The notes below the pieces were generated by a model. That model saw only the letters and a list, made by a program, of their open reading frames with translations. It did no database searches and was not told the origin of the DNA. This document shows positions 37,350 to 51,085 of a stretch of 64,000 bases of DNA, one piece after another (position 1 is the stretch's first letter; the number at the start of each line of letters is the position of its first letter). The stretch is taken from positions 63,614,001-63,678,000 of the forward strand of contig NC_086108.1 of assembly GCF_963921235.1 (NCBI RefSeq), written 5' to 3'. Source of the DNA: Mobula hypostoma. Lineage: Eukaryota. The position numbers were made by a program, and so were the translations under genes.

Positions 37350-39335
37350 ATAGGTCTATGGCAGATGCTATCTCATTGCCTCTTTACACAACCCTGGAAC
37401 ATCTGGACAGCAAAAATGCATATATCAGGATGCTATTTATCGATTACAGCTCGGCATTTTACACCATCATCCTCTCAAAACTAATCAGTAAACTCCAAGA
37501 CCTGGGCCTCAATAGCCCCTTGTGCAATTGGATCCTGGATTTCCTCATTTGTAGACCCCAGTCAGTTCAGATTAGCAAAATCTTCTTCACCACACAATCT
37601 CCATCTGTACAGGAGCACTGCGGGGATGTGTACTTACCCCACCTCACCCCCGCTGCATTCCACTTACGCCTATGACGGTGTGGTTAATTACGCCATGTAC
37701 TAGTTTGCTGACAACACCACTGTTGTAGGCTGTATCAAGGGGGTGATGATCAGTATACAGGAGGGCAATTGAAAACTTGGCTGAGTGGTGTATTAACAAC
37801 AACCTCTCACTCAATGTCAATAAGTCCAAGGAACTGATTGTAGAATTCAGGAGAGGGAAACCAGAGGTCCATGAGCCAGTAATCATCGGAGGATTATAGG
37901 AGGAGAGTGTCAGTAACTTTAAGTCCCTGGGTGTCACTATTTCAGAAGACCTGTCCTGGACCAATCATATAAATATTATTGTGAAGCAAGCATGGCAGTC
38001 CCTCTAATTCCTCAGGAGTCTGCTGAGGTTTGGCATGTCATCAAAAACCTTGGCAAATTCCTTTCAGATGTGTGGTGGAAAGTGTGCTGACTGGCTGTAT
38101 TACAGACTGGTATGGGAACACCAATGCCTTGTGAGCAGAAAATCCCACAAAAGGTAATGGATTCAGCCCAGTACATCACAGGTAAAACCCTCCCAACTAT
38201 TGAGCATATCTATGTGAAATGTTGCTGTAGAAAAGCAGCATCCATCATCAAGGATCCTCACCACCAAGGCCATGCTCTTTTCTTGCTGCTGCCATCAGGT
38301 AGAAGGTACAGGTGATTCAGAACTTGCACCACCAGGTTCAAGAACAGTTACTACCCCCCAACCATCAGGGTCTTGAAAAAAAGGGATAGCTACACTCATT
38401 TAAGGGCTTTGTTATATTGTTATTTCATGCTCGTTATTTATTGCTATTTATTTGTATCTGCATTTGCACAGTTTGTTTACAGTTAACAGTTCCTGATGTT
38501 TATGGTTTACAGTTACCATTCCGTAGATTTACAAAGTATGCCTGCAGAAAAAAGAATCCCAGGGTTGAATGTGGTGATGTGTAGCCCCCTGGTAAGCCTC
38601 AGGCTTGCTCGGCTCGCTTTCGTCTGGGGGGGCAGTCCTCAGCCCTGCCAAACTGGGTAATCAAGTTTGCGTAAATGCTGTGTGATGTACCCCAGCATAC
38701 CAAATAACAGACAGTACACCATATGCAATTAAATGATTATACTTTATAAGTGATTCTTGGTGATGGGTAGTAGAAACAAATATAATGAAGGCACCAAGTC
38801 AGTAACTCTATCAGTTTTGTGCACAAATAATTCATTGGCGCTCTTACAGAACCAGGTCTCCCTTTCTCCAGTTGATGTCCTCCTTACTCCAGTTGACCCA
38901 CGAATGGGACCACCCTCGGTGCTCGACCAATCGCTCCACAGGAGTCTGTCCTCGTCTCCCCTCCTCGCCGAAGACCCTGGGCCTTGGACTCCCGCTCGGG
39001 GTCTGTTCCGTCACCCAGCTTACAGCATCGCGTCTCCTCTGTCTTACCCCATCGCGCATTCTCCTTAAAGCCCGCAAAAACAATAGCTTGCAGACACACG
39101 AGTAAGAATAACATCTATTTCAATTGGTTAGCAAATGAATACAGTTCTTGTTATCAGTAGTTATAACCCAAACAAGCTGCTAGAGAGAGAAACACTGTCT
39201 CAGCAGTTAACATCACAGAGAAGCCATTTTATTTTTAACATAACAAAGAAGCCATTTTATTAGCCTTTGCAATAACATAAAAGAAGAAACCCCTTACACA
39301 TGTATGTACTCTGGAAATAAATTTTACTTGGAACA
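37350..39335 (+). mobile_element. Rex1-like LINE RT/3' fragment whose 3' UTR is split by a solo LTR
   Basis: DAISLPLYTTLEHLD...LFIDYSSAF and ASIIKDPHH...LLPSGRRYR motifs. Confidence 0.8.
38580..39298 (-). mobile_element. Solo LTR (719 bp), probably Gypsy-type
   Basis: TGTA...TACA termini, 4-bp flanks gatg/catg, and the host LINE 3' UTR resumes after it. Confidence 0.7.
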
Positions 39336-39349
39336 TTACTTTTTACTTT

Positions 39350-40630
39350 GTCTGAATGACTGATGTCCTGTCGCATTCACCTCAATAATAAACAAATGCT
39401 TTGAGAGGCTGGATAAGGATTACATCTGCAGTATGCTACCACCCACCCTGGACCCCCTACAATTCTCCTAACGACACAACCAGTTGACAGATGACGCAGT
39501 AGCCACAGCTCTACACACATCTGGAGAAGAAGGATACTTATGTGAGAATGCTGTTCTTGGACTACAGTTCTGCACTCAACACCGTAATTGCCTTCAGCCT
39601 AGACAAGAAGTTCAGAGACCTCGGCCTTCACCCTGCCTTGTGCAGCTGATCCTGGATTTCTGTCAGATTGCTGGCAGGCGGTAAGAGTGGGCTCCCTCAC
39701 CTCTGACCCTCAACACCGCTGTCCCTCAGGGTTGTGTCCTAAGCCCCTTCCTTTACTCTGTATCCATGACTGTGTCTCCACCCACAGCTCCAATCTGCTA
39801 ATTAAATTTGCTGACGATACTACACTGATTGACCTTATCTCAAATAATAAAAGGCAGCCTACAGAGAGGAAGTTATCACCCTGACACAGTGGTGTCAAGA
39901 GAACCATTATCTCCCTCAATGTCACAAAAGCAAAGGAGCTGGTTGTGGACTACAGGAGGAATGGAGACAGGCTAACCCTTATTGAAATCAATGGATCTGG
40001 GGTTGAGAGAGTGAACAGCTTTAAGTTCCTCAGCATACACATCACTAAGGATCTCACGTGGTCTGTACATACTGGCTGTGTGGTGAAAAAGCACAACAGC
40101 ACCTCTTTCACGTCAGACAATTGAAGAAGTTTGGCATGAGTCCCCAAATCCTAAGGACTTTCTACAGGAGCAAAATTGAGAGCATCCTGACTGACTGCAT
40201 CACTGCCTGGAAGGGGAACTGTACTTCCCTCAATCGCAGGACTCTGCAGAGAGTGGTGCAGACAATCCAGCACATCTGTAGATGTGAACTTCCCATTATT
40301 CAGGAAATTTACAGAGACAGGAGTGTAAAATGGGGCCGAAGGATCATTGGTGACCTGAGTCATCCCAACCACAAACTGTTGCAGCTGCTACCATCCGGGG
40401 ATGGTACCACAGCATAAGAGCCAGGACCAACAGGCTCCGGTACAGCTTCTTCCACCAGGCCATCAGACTGATTAATTCACACTGATACAATTGTATTTCT
40501 ATGCTCTATTGACTGTCCTGTTGTACATACTATTTATTACAAATTGCACATTTAGACAAGAGATGTAACTTAAACATTTTTACTCTTTATGTATCTGAAG
40601 AATGTAAGAAATAAAGTCAATTCAATGCAA
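39350..40630 (+). mobile_element. Second Rex1-like LINE fragment
   Basis: TDDAVATALH, LIKFADDTTLI and AQQHLFHVRQLKKF motifs, ending aataaagtcaattcaat. Confidence 0.8.
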
Positions 40631-40779
40631 TAATCTTTGAAAATATCCAATTAATTAATGGTGGGTGCCTTGTATTGCCATTTTAATGACATGTTATATC
40701 TTCATAAACCTTTTAACTTTGCAGAGTTTCAGCAGCATTCCATTTTTCTTGGCATTAGTTTTTGCCAAGTCAAATCAAG

Positions 40780-41071
40780 AATGCTGATTGGACAGTGTCA
40801 AAGGGAAACAAGTTCAGCCTCATTTTAATTCATGGAAAATGACCAGAAAGTACAATTATCTGTGAAAGGACTTCCAGTTTAAGCCTGGATCTCATCACAA
40901 TAGTTGCAGTCTTCTGGAATTCACAAAGGCTCTTGAGTCTCTCTTGCTTTCTGCATGATCTAAAACAGTTAATAACTGAGTGATCTTGTAAATTGGGTAA
41001 TCTGAGTTTGGCAGTTTTTCTGAACAGCTTTTTAATCTGTTGGAGAGACTGTACAACGGTGCTAGCCTAGA
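40780..41071 (+). promoter_or_regulatory. Putative proximal promoter/5' UTR of CYP2 copy B
   Basis: Non-repetitive sequence upstream of the ATG, inverted CCAAT (ATTGG about 40787) and an HNF1-like gttaataactg (about 40968). Motif matches are weak. Confidence 0.3.
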
Positions 41072-41275
41072 ATGGAAGTTCAGAATCTTTCCTTTTTAAA
41101 TCTGTTCTCAAGAGAGGTGTGGACCGTTGCAGTGTTTTTATTTGTTTTCTTGATTGTGTTTGATGTTCTCCACACTCGTGTTCCCAAGAATTTTCCACCT
41201 GGTCCCTTCGGACTGCCGTTTTTCGGTAATATCTTTCAGCTGGACCTAAAGAATCCTCATCTCCAGTTTTGCAAG
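41072..41275 (+). CDS. CYP2 copy B exon 1 (membrane anchor plus NFPPGPFGLPFFGNIFQL)
   Basis: ATG, hydrophobic ER anchor, PPGP hinge, gtaatg donor. Confidence 0.95.
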
Positions 41276-41483
41276 GTAATGTACAGCATCGAGGAAATTT
41301 GTTCAGAAATGTAACTGTGCTTGTACTGCTGCCACAAGACAGCAAATTTCACATTATGTGTCAGTGGTAATAAATCTGTTTCGTTTTCCAAAAGTATTTA
41401 GTAGTTATAAGATAATTGCAATAAAAATGGTGACAATGTTGCCAGTCTGTCAACACCTGTTAGGAATATACCATTTTATTTAA

Positions 41484-42550
41484 ACACAAAATAATCTGCA
41501 GATGCTGGGGTCAAAGCAACACTCACAACATGCTGGAGGAACTCAGCAGGTCGGGCAGCATCCGTGGAAATGATCAGTCAACGTTTCAGGCCGGAACCCT
41601 TCGTCAGGACTGAAGAGGGAAGGGGCAGAGGCCCTATAAAGAAGGTGGGGAGAGGGTGGGAAGGAGAAGGCTGGTAGGTACCAGGTGAAAAACCAGTAAG
41701 GTGAAAGATAAAGGGGTGGGGGAGGGGAAGCAGGCAGGTGATAGGCAGGAAAGGTGAAGAAGGAATAGGGGAAAACACAATGGGTAGTAGAAGGAGGCGG
41801 AACCATGAGGGAGATGATAGGCAGCTGGGGGAGGGGGCAGAGTGAAATAGGGATAGGGGAAGGGAGGGGGAGGGAATAACCAGAAGTTGGAGAATTCTAT
41901 GTTCATACCAAGGGGCTGGAGACTACCTAGACGGTACATGAGGTGTTGCTCCTCCAACCTGAGTTTAGCCTCATCATGGCAGTAGAGGAGGCCATGTATG
42001 GACATATCTGAACGGGAATGGGAAGCAGAGTTGAAGTGGTTGCCTACCGGGACATATGTGAATGGGAATTTTATTTTGTGAAACACATACTTAGCTGATG
42101 GTATGAACCTCAATTTCTCAAATTTCCAAAATTTCCAGTAACGTGCCCCCTGCCTTCACCATTCCCCATTACCCACTCCCTGTTCACCATTCCCTTTTCC
42201 CTCTCTCACCTTATCTCCTTGGTGCCCATTACCTCTCTCTGATGCTCTGATGTTCCTCCCCACTTTTCTTTCTTCCATGGCCTTCTGTCCTCTCTTATTA
42301 GATTTCCTCTTCTCCAGCCCTGTATGCCTTTCATCAATCAACTTCACAGCTCTTTACTTCACCCCTCCAACTCCCAGTTTCACCTATCATGTTGTTTCTC
42401 TGTCCCCTTCCCCCACCTTTTAAATCTACTCCTCATCTTTTTTTTCTCCACTGCTGCTGAAGGGTCTTGATCCAAATCATTGACTGCACTCTTTGCCATA
42501 GCTGCTGAATAGCCTGCTGAGTTCCTCCAGCATTTTATGTGTGTTATTTC
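41484..42550. mobile_element. Two oppositely oriented Penelope 3'/pLTR fragments in intron 1 of copy B
   Basis: HFNSASHSRSDMSIHGLLYC on the minus strand (41484-42050) and a plus-strand pLTR at 42115-42550. Confidence 0.8.
41575..41612 (-). ncRNA. Minimal hammerhead ribozyme motif
   Basis: Reverse complement reads CAGUC-CUGACGA-AGGGUUCCGGCCU-GAAAC-GUU-GACUG, with a 5-bp helix I. Confidence 0.75.
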
Positions 42551-43027
42551 CAAGAATATATCATTTTGTTTTGTGACACACATATTTGCCATTTACTATA
42601 AATTGTAATTCACAAGTGTAGAACGTGTAGATTATTGGGTACCTCACTACGAATAAACAAAAATACGGCAATTATTTTTAAGCTATGTGTAGGTCTTTTT
42701 TATTTTTCTCCATGTTTGAGTTTAGCTGTTGAGCAATTAGATCTTTGTGTCATTTCATTAATTTGAGGATTGAAGAAGAGTAGCAATAACAGATGAAGAT
42801 CAAGATGTTTCAATTTTCAATAGTAGATTAACTCATTAATAACTTGCTGAATAAAATCTGGGCCCAGTGTTTTCAAGTGTTTAAAGATTGGTTTAAAATT
42901 ACACATCTTACAAAATAATGTTCAGAACTATTTTCATTTGGGACATGTAAGCTCTTCCTCGCAAGTATACCCAAAATTTTGTGACTGACATAACAAGCCA
43001 AATACTAATAGAGTATATCTTTTACAG

Positions 43028-43190
43028 TTTGCAGAGAAGTATGGAGATATTTTTAGCCTGAGGATTGGATATTCTTACCTTGTTGTCATAAATGGTTTAA
43101 ATGCTTTTAAAGAGGCTGTGGTTCACCAGACAGATGATTTTGCGGGAACAGCAACATTTCCAGTTTTTGATGATCTTGTCAAGGGACACG
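43028..43190 (+). CDS. CYP2 copy B exon 2 (FAEKYGDIFSLRIG...KEAVVHQTDDFAGTATFPVFDDLVKGH)
   Basis: tttacag acceptor, gtaagt donor, 163 bp, KYGDIFSL motif. Hand-translated. Confidence 0.95.
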
Positions 43191-44627
43191 GTAAGTAATT
43201 TGTTTAATTGTTTTATTTCTTTGCTCAGAATTGGATAATTGTAGGACCTTCTAATTTATGAAATATGTTATCTGTTATAGAATGATGTAAGCAGGATTTT
43301 CACCAAAAGGTAAAATGAAAATCTTTATACTTGAGGAGTATTCTAGTTCTTCAGTGTGCATATTTTTAACACAGCAATGAAACCTTTAGAGACAGGAAAG
43401 TATGTGTTCACATCTCCAAGAGCAGTACTGAGTTGCAAATAATGTTTGGCTGCTTTGACTTGTTTTAGGCATCAGAGTTGTTTCTTTCAGTTTTTGACAT
43501 TGTACTACAAGATTCAATTTCTATTTTATCGAAATTCACAAAGTACTGTGGTCAAATATCAAGACTGTGTCAAAGAAGAAATGAAAGGATGAAATAGAAA
43601 ATCAGTTGATTCTTAAGTCTCTTTCACAAAGATGTCAACAAAAAAAAATTTGCAATTATGAAGGAACACATGTTGCACATAAATGAATTGGTCTCCTTGG
43701 TGATGCAGGGGAGTGAAAAGAATGCTTGTGTGTGAATCTAAAAGCACACAACAAAGGTTTCAATTGCAAACATTATTTTCTGGTATAAACAAGGAAGTGG
43801 AATAATTCAAAAATGCTAAAAACAACAGATGCTTGAAATCTGACATAAGAATGGACAATGTTGGAACTATACCGCATGCTAGAGAACATCTGTGCAGAGA
43901 GAAAGGACTGTGATGAATCATGTTGAAGACCTGTTATCAGAACTCAGAAATGATGCAAGTTGAACAAGTTTGAGTCACACATGAACAGGAGTGATGGAGA
44001 CATGGAAAAGACTGCCTGAGATAAGAGTGGAAATTGAGGAAATAAACAATGAACAATCTCTCTTGCTCTTATCCCTTTGTTCACTCTGCTCATTCTCTGC
44101 AACTAAAAACATGTTCAACTTATGGTATTTCCTAATTCTGTTGTTTAGGTCTACAAAGTAAAATGTTAATGCCATTTTTTTCCCACAAATTTTGCATAAT
44201 TCCCATGTTTTCTGGTTTTTACTTACAGTGAGTGGAATTATTCCACATGAAGTTGAAATGAGTGTGCTATATATACTTTCTCCATGCTGGGATATGCAGA
44301 TAATTCCTTATGCTTTTCAGAACTCACTCAGCAAGTGAAGATTTTTGAAGCAAGTTTCTACAGACCTCATAAAATCCATTGTTTTTTCATAATATTTTAA
44401 TATGTTATGAAGTTGAACAGCAAATTGAAAATAAGAAATTTCGTCCATCCCAGGATTGTGAATCTCTGCAGTTTTCTACCCAAGAAGCAGTAGAAGCAAA
44501 GTTACTAAGTATATTCCAGAAAAAGATTAATAGATCTTTGCAGGCAAAGTGAATCAAAAAAATAAGACTTCAGTGAAGGAAAGAAACACTGGTTCTCGAA
44601 CAAGAGCTCATTGTTTAGAAATGAGAT

Positions 44628-47600
44628 CTTGAAAATTGTTCAGGAAGACAAAACTTACGTATAATTCGTCTACCCGAGGATGTTGAGGATGGAGACCCTT
44701 TAATATTCTTTGCTCAAATTTTAAAGGATAGGTTCAGTTGTTTTTCCCAACGAGCCTCCATTACTTGACCGTGCGCACCGTATACCGCGGCCAAAGTCAG
44801 CATCGGCTGTATCCAAACCGAGACCAATTATTCTTCATTTCCATTATGTTAATGTTAAAGAACAGCTTCTCCAAACTGCTCCTCGGCAAGGGATGATCAG
44901 TTATCGCCAGCATTCCTTCAGGATAGTTCAAGATTACAGTCCCGAAGTGATGAAAGAGCGACTGACTTTTAAACCTCTGATGTCGGAATGTTATCAAAAA
45001 AATCTCAAACCGGCATTATTGTACCCTGCATGTCTAAGAATTTCTCTTCCTGATGGATCTCGTCGCATCTTCCATTCCATAACCGCCGCTCGAGGGTTTT
45101 TGGAAGATAACTACCCATCTGATACGGACACCGCCCTTTAACTAATGTTCTGTGCTCTCAGTATCAGCTTCTTTTTCTGGTGTTTTTTAAAAAAAAAATA
45201 AACCTTCTACTACCGTACGATGAAGGTTTTTAATAAGCTCAAGATTTTTGTTTTGTGCTTACTACTATAGTTATGACTTTACAACTTATATAAAATAGTT
45301 ATTTCTTGCAAATAACGTTACTTTCTTTTAGTTAATTTTTCCTTAACTTTTTGTTTTCCGATATTATTACTAACGATTTGATCTGACGATCATTTTCCGT
45401 TATATGTTCTTTATTTTTGTTTCTGTACAATTAAAATGGCGATTTGTTTTTTTTGCATAATCTCCTTTGTTCTTTTTGGGACGCCGTGTTCTTATGTTTC
45501 TTCTTCCCATAATCCCCTTTTTTGGAAGAAGTATTTTATTTACTCTCATTTGTAATTAACTAATCATACATATTGATGCTAACTTTTCCTTATTTATGTA
45601 TCTTAGTGATTATACTATGTAGATTATTTTAGTATAGTGTTTAATTTTTTATATATATATCAATTTCCAGGGGGTCAGCTATATAACATATATCTTTGGA
45701 GTTGCCTCCTGCAGAAATGGGGTTAGATTCAGTGTTAGTTAGTTCTTTCTTCAGCCTTTTCTGGCTTAGTTCGGGGTTCTTGGGGATGGAGGGTGGGGTA
45801 GTCTTTTTCTTTTTAATTTTTTTCTATTGGCCTGATTTAGTACTACAAAGATGTCTGCCGTGTCGGGATTTCCGGTTCCTCTCTGAACATGTATTCCTCT
45901 TCCAATTTCATGAGCTCACATTATGGTTAACCCTTTACTCACCAAAGGGTTAATCTTAAATTATGGCTGACATTATTAATTTTGTCTCTTGGAATACAAA
46001 TGGTTTAAACCATCCAATAAAACGGAAAAAGATTTTCAAAGTATTCCAAAGACTGAATGCTCATATTATTTTTGCACAAGAAACTCATGTAAGGAAAGTG
46101 GATAATGAACGCCTCTTTAAGTTCGGGAAGGGTAACTCAATACCAGTCAAACTCCCAAGCCAAAGTTTAAGGTGTTTCAATTTTTATAGATCCCTCAATT
46201 ACATTTATTCATCAAGACATTATCTCAGATCTTAATGGTAGATTTTTGTTAATCACTGGGTTACTTTTTAATAAAAAGATTGCTATGGTTAATGTTTATG
46301 CTCCGAATGTGGATTACCCTGAATTTTTTAAACACATATTCACTTCCTTTCCTATCTTAAACGAGTATATGTTGATAATGGGCAGTGACTTTAATTTATG
46401 TTTGAATCCCATGTTGGACAGATCCATAGGTAGTCCAGCTTTACCAAATAAGTCGGCTACTTTTATTAACTCTTTTATTAACTCTTTTATGTTTGATTCT
46501 GGGATTTCAGAAATTTGGAGATTTCTACACCCAAAGGATAAAGAATTCTCATTCTTTTCACATGTTCATCGTTCTTATTCTCGAATTGATTATTTTTTTA
46601 TTGACTCTCGATTAATCCCATCTGTAACGGATTGTAATTATGACATTATCGCCATTTCAGATCATGCTCCAATGAAACTTTCTATCAAGTTAATGGATAC
46701 TTCTTGTACTAATAGACAATGGCAATATAACTCTATTTTGCTTCAAGACTTGGACTTTGTCAAGTTTGTAAAGGGGCAGATTGATTTCTTTTTTTCAGTT
46801 AATACTACGGAAGAAGTTTCCAATGAAACAGTTTGGGACGCTTTTAAAGCTTATATCCGTGGTCAGATTATTTCCTATTCGGCTGGTTTGAAAAAACGTG
46901 CTAAGAATGAAATACTCTTGTTGGTTGATAAAATTAAAGAAATTGATTTAAAAAATACACTATTTCTCCCAGTACGGTGCTGTACAAACACAGAGTTGAA
47001 CTTCAATTGGAACATAGCTTACCATTAACATCCTCGATTGAAAATCAATTAATGAGAACTAAAAGTGATTTTTATATTCAGAGTGATAAATCGGGTAAAT
47101 TATTGGATAATCAATTGAAATTTGTTTCAGTTAAAAGTCAAATTACTAAGATTCGCAAACACTGATACTTTGTCAGTTGATCATGACAGGATAAACAAAA
47201 CCTTTCAAGAATTTTATACCTCTTTATATCACACTAATTTTCCTCATGATTTTAATACCATGCATGATTTTTTAAGTAAACTGAATTTTCCGAAATTATC
47301 ACCCGAAGATTGCTTATCATTAGAAACTCCTGTTACAGAGGAAGAAATAATAACTGTAATCTCATCATTGAATTCTGGTAAAGCACCCGGCCCAGACGGG
47401 TTTACAGTGGAATTTTTAAAATCCTTTTCCTCTACTCTCTCTCCATGGTTGTCTAGAATATTCAAAGAAGCAATCAGATTAGGTAAATTACCACAATCAT
47501 TTTATGAAGCCTTTTATTTCCTTAATTCTTAAAAAGAATAAACATCCTACTGATTGTACATCATACAGACCGATATCTCTTTTGAATGTAGATTCAAAAA

Positions 47601-50146
47601 TTTTTTCAAAAATTTTAGCAACTAGGTTAGAGAAGGTATTACATCAAATTATATCTATGGACCAAACTGCGTTTATTAAAAATCGTTATTCATCCTTTAA
47701 TATTAGGAGGTTAATGAATATTGTTTATACTCCTTCACTTATTACCCCGGAATGTATTATCTCATTAGATGCTGAGAAAGCCTTTGACAGAGTTGAATGG
47801 CCTTATTTATTTAGTGTGCTTGAGAAATTTAATTTTAGTTTGATATTTATATCTTGGATTAAATTGCTATATTATTCCCCAGTAGCTTCGGTTTGTACTA
47901 ATAATCAAAGATCTCCCTTTTTTCGTCTATTTCGTGGTACTAGGCAAGGATGCCTTCTTAGTCCTTTACTATTTAATATCGCCCTTGAACCTTTAGCAAT
48001 TGCTATCCGTGACTCGCCCAGTAGTTTTCGTATTACCCGCAGAAGCAAAATACAGAAATTATCACTATATGCAGATGATTTGTTATTGTATATCTCTAAT
48101 CCAGAGAAGTCAATGCCTGCTATTCTAGCTTTGTTGGCTCAATTTAGTAATTTTTCTAGCTACAAATTAAATCTTAATAAGAGTGAATTATTTCCCCTTA
48201 AAAAGCAGGTACCTATTTATGGATGTTTACCATTTAAATTGGTTACTGACTCATTTATATATTTAGGGATTATAGTTATGAAGAAGTATAAAGATTTATT
48301 TAAAGCTAATTTTTTTACCTTTAATTGATCAGATTAAACTTTTGTTTACTAAATGGTCACCAATATCTTTGTCTTTGATTGGTCGGATTAATGCTATTAA
48401 GATGATTATTTTGCCTAAATTTCCATATGTATTTCAATCGGTTCCAATTTTTATCCCAAAATCTTTTTTCGATAATGTTGATTCAAAAATTTCCTTATAT
48501 GTATGGCAGAACAAAAATCCTAGGCTAGGTAAAAGATATTTACAGAAATCTAAAAAAGAGAAGGGGCTCACCCTCTCGAATTTTAGATTTTATTATTGGG
48601 CAATTAATAATCGATACTTAAAATTTTGGTTACGAGATTTGGATGTATCTTTAAATCCACATTGGGTAAATCTTCAATGTAATTCATTATAAGGATCTCC
48701 TTTGGGTTCGGTTTTAGGAACTTCGCTTCCTTTTATTTCTTCTCAATTGTATAAACAAAAGAGTAATCCAATAGTTAAGCATACTTTACGTATATGGCTT
48801 CAATTCCAAAGATTTTTGGGTTTATTCAATTTATTTTAGCAAGTCCTATTATATCTGATTTCCTTTTTCAACCTTCCACTATGGATCAAGCTTACTTTGA
48901 TTGGAAAACCAAAAGTATAGTACGTTTTCGTGATTTATTTTTGGATAATTGTTTTATGTCTTTTGATCAACTTTCTAATAAATATAATTTACCCAGATCT
49001 CACTTTTTTAGATACCTGCAGATTAAAAGCTTTTTAATTACTGCTTCTCCTAATTTTCCACACTCATATCCAATGGATACTTTGGAAAAATTTTTAGATC
49101 TAAATCTCTCTCAGAAAAGTGTTGTAGCAATTATTTATAACATAATTATGAATTTATGTCCTGATGTTTCCAATAAAATTAAAACTGATTGGGAAAGAGA
49201 ACTTAAAATTATTATACCGATCGAAAAATGGGAAAAAATTCTTCAATTGGTTAACTCATCCTCTATATGTGCTAAACATGTGTTGATACAGTTTAAAGCA
49301 GTACACAGGGCTCATATGTCCAAAGGTAAACTATCTCATTATTATTCTTATATTAATCCTATATGTGATAGATGTCATTCCGAGATAGCTTCTTTAACTC
49401 ACATGTTTTGGTCATGTCCTTTGTTGGAAAAATATTGGAAAGATATTTTTGATATTATTTCAACGGTTTTGAATACAGACTTACAACCTCACCCAATTAC
49501 TGCTATTTTTGGATTACCAATGATAGACTCAAATAATTTAACCTCTTCAGCTCGTCGGATGATTGCATTTCTTACTTTAATGGCTAGAAGATCCATTTTG
49601 CTGAATTGGAAAGAGATTAATCCTCCTACTGTATTTCACTGGTTTTCACAAACTATGTTGTGTTTAAATTTGGAAAAAATTAGAAGTGTGGTTTACGACC
49701 CTTCCATTAAATTTGAAAAAACTTGGAGGCCATTTATTCAGCATTTTCATATGATGTAATTTGACCATTTCCAAACTTATTTTACTTCTCTGTAGTGTTG
49801 GCTGAGAGGAATGGAGTCGTCGACACTAAGGTTTTCTTTTCTTTCATTTTTACGTTGTTAAAATTGCCCAAGTCTTTTTAGCTTAGTTGACTAATTCTGT
49901 TTAGATTAGTTTTTTTGGGGGGTGGGGATTGTTTTTTTTTTCTTTTTCATGATTTTTCTCCAGTTATTTTTTTTTGTCTTGTATTATTCATTGTTACCCT
50001 ACATGATTGGGAGTTTTGTCAATTTATACTATTTGGTTTTATAATTACTCATCTTAAGTATAACAATGTATTTCCAACAATTTTATATTATTGCTATGTT
50101 ATGTTTATATTTTATGAAACTAATAAAAGGATTAAAAAAGAAAGAA
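44628..50146 (+). mobile_element. 5'-truncated L1-clade LINE of a second family in CYP2 intron 2, with multiple frameshifts
   Basis: ORF1 remnant (RAHR, LLYPACLRI), ORF2 45963-49759 (SWNTNGLN, YADD, CDRC..HMFWSC), (AAAG)n tail, TSD agaaat(g/a)agat at 44617-44627 and 50147-50157. Confidence 0.93.
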
Positions 50147-50821
50147 AGAAATAAGATGTTCACCCATTTATGACGGGCAAAGTTTTCTCTATTAGAGTCA
50201 TGAGTGTTTAGACATCTTTTTCTCAAAGCAGAGTGAAAGCAGTATCATTGAATGAACAGATGCCTGATGAGTAATGGAATAGAAGGGAATACCATATTGA
50301 AGTTTTAATCAGCACAGCATTGATCTTAATAAATATCAAGAGTGGACCAGAGGCATAGTGGTTTTTTGGTTTTAATTCATATGTTTGCCTGAGGAATCCT
50401 CTATGAATGGTATCTCCCCTCTATGATGGTAGAGCATGGCATGTGCCAGCGGGTAAGGTTTAAAATGTGTTAGGATAGTTTTTGGCATGATTTTTTGTGT
50501 CCTAAAGATGATGTCATATACAGACGTTTGGTTCCAATGGTGGCAGATACTGTTTGTGCTGATCTCAGAGATGAACTTAACAATGAATGAGTTTTGAAGC
50601 CAACAATTAGTTGTCACCAGCAAAATCAGAACACAGCCAAGAAAACACATCACTCAGCTGGGTTAATTATAATCAAATATAAGATGACTTTACCCACTAG
50701 TTTGTTGGGAAGGTTTACTATCCATATCAATTTCTTTACAAGGAATTCTCTTATTTTTCCATCCAGGCTACATGGACCACTCATAAATCATTACAAATGC
50801 CACCTGTATTTCACTGCACAG

Positions 50822-50971
50822 GTATACAGTTCTCGAATGGAAACGTATGGAAAGAGCAACGGAAGTTTGCACAAATGACATTAAGAAGATTTGGTGTTGG
50901 GCAAAAGTCTTTGGAAGCACAAATTCTTGAGAAAATTAAAGATCTTCAAGATGCATTCAAACGAGAAAAGG
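50822..50971 (+). CDS. CYP2 copy B exon 3 (GIQFSNGNVWKEQRKFAQMTLRRFGVGQKSLEAQI...)
   Basis: cacag acceptor, gtaagt donor, 150 bp, WxxxR C-helix motif. Confidence 0.95.
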
Positions 50972-51085
50972 GTAAGTTTATTCTACTTTTTGTTTTGGAT
51001 ATAACGCCATTGGACTGAATTTTGTGTAATGATGCAAAGTAATTTTTTTTGTAGTGCAGGATGTAGTGTAGTGCAAATTGTAGTG

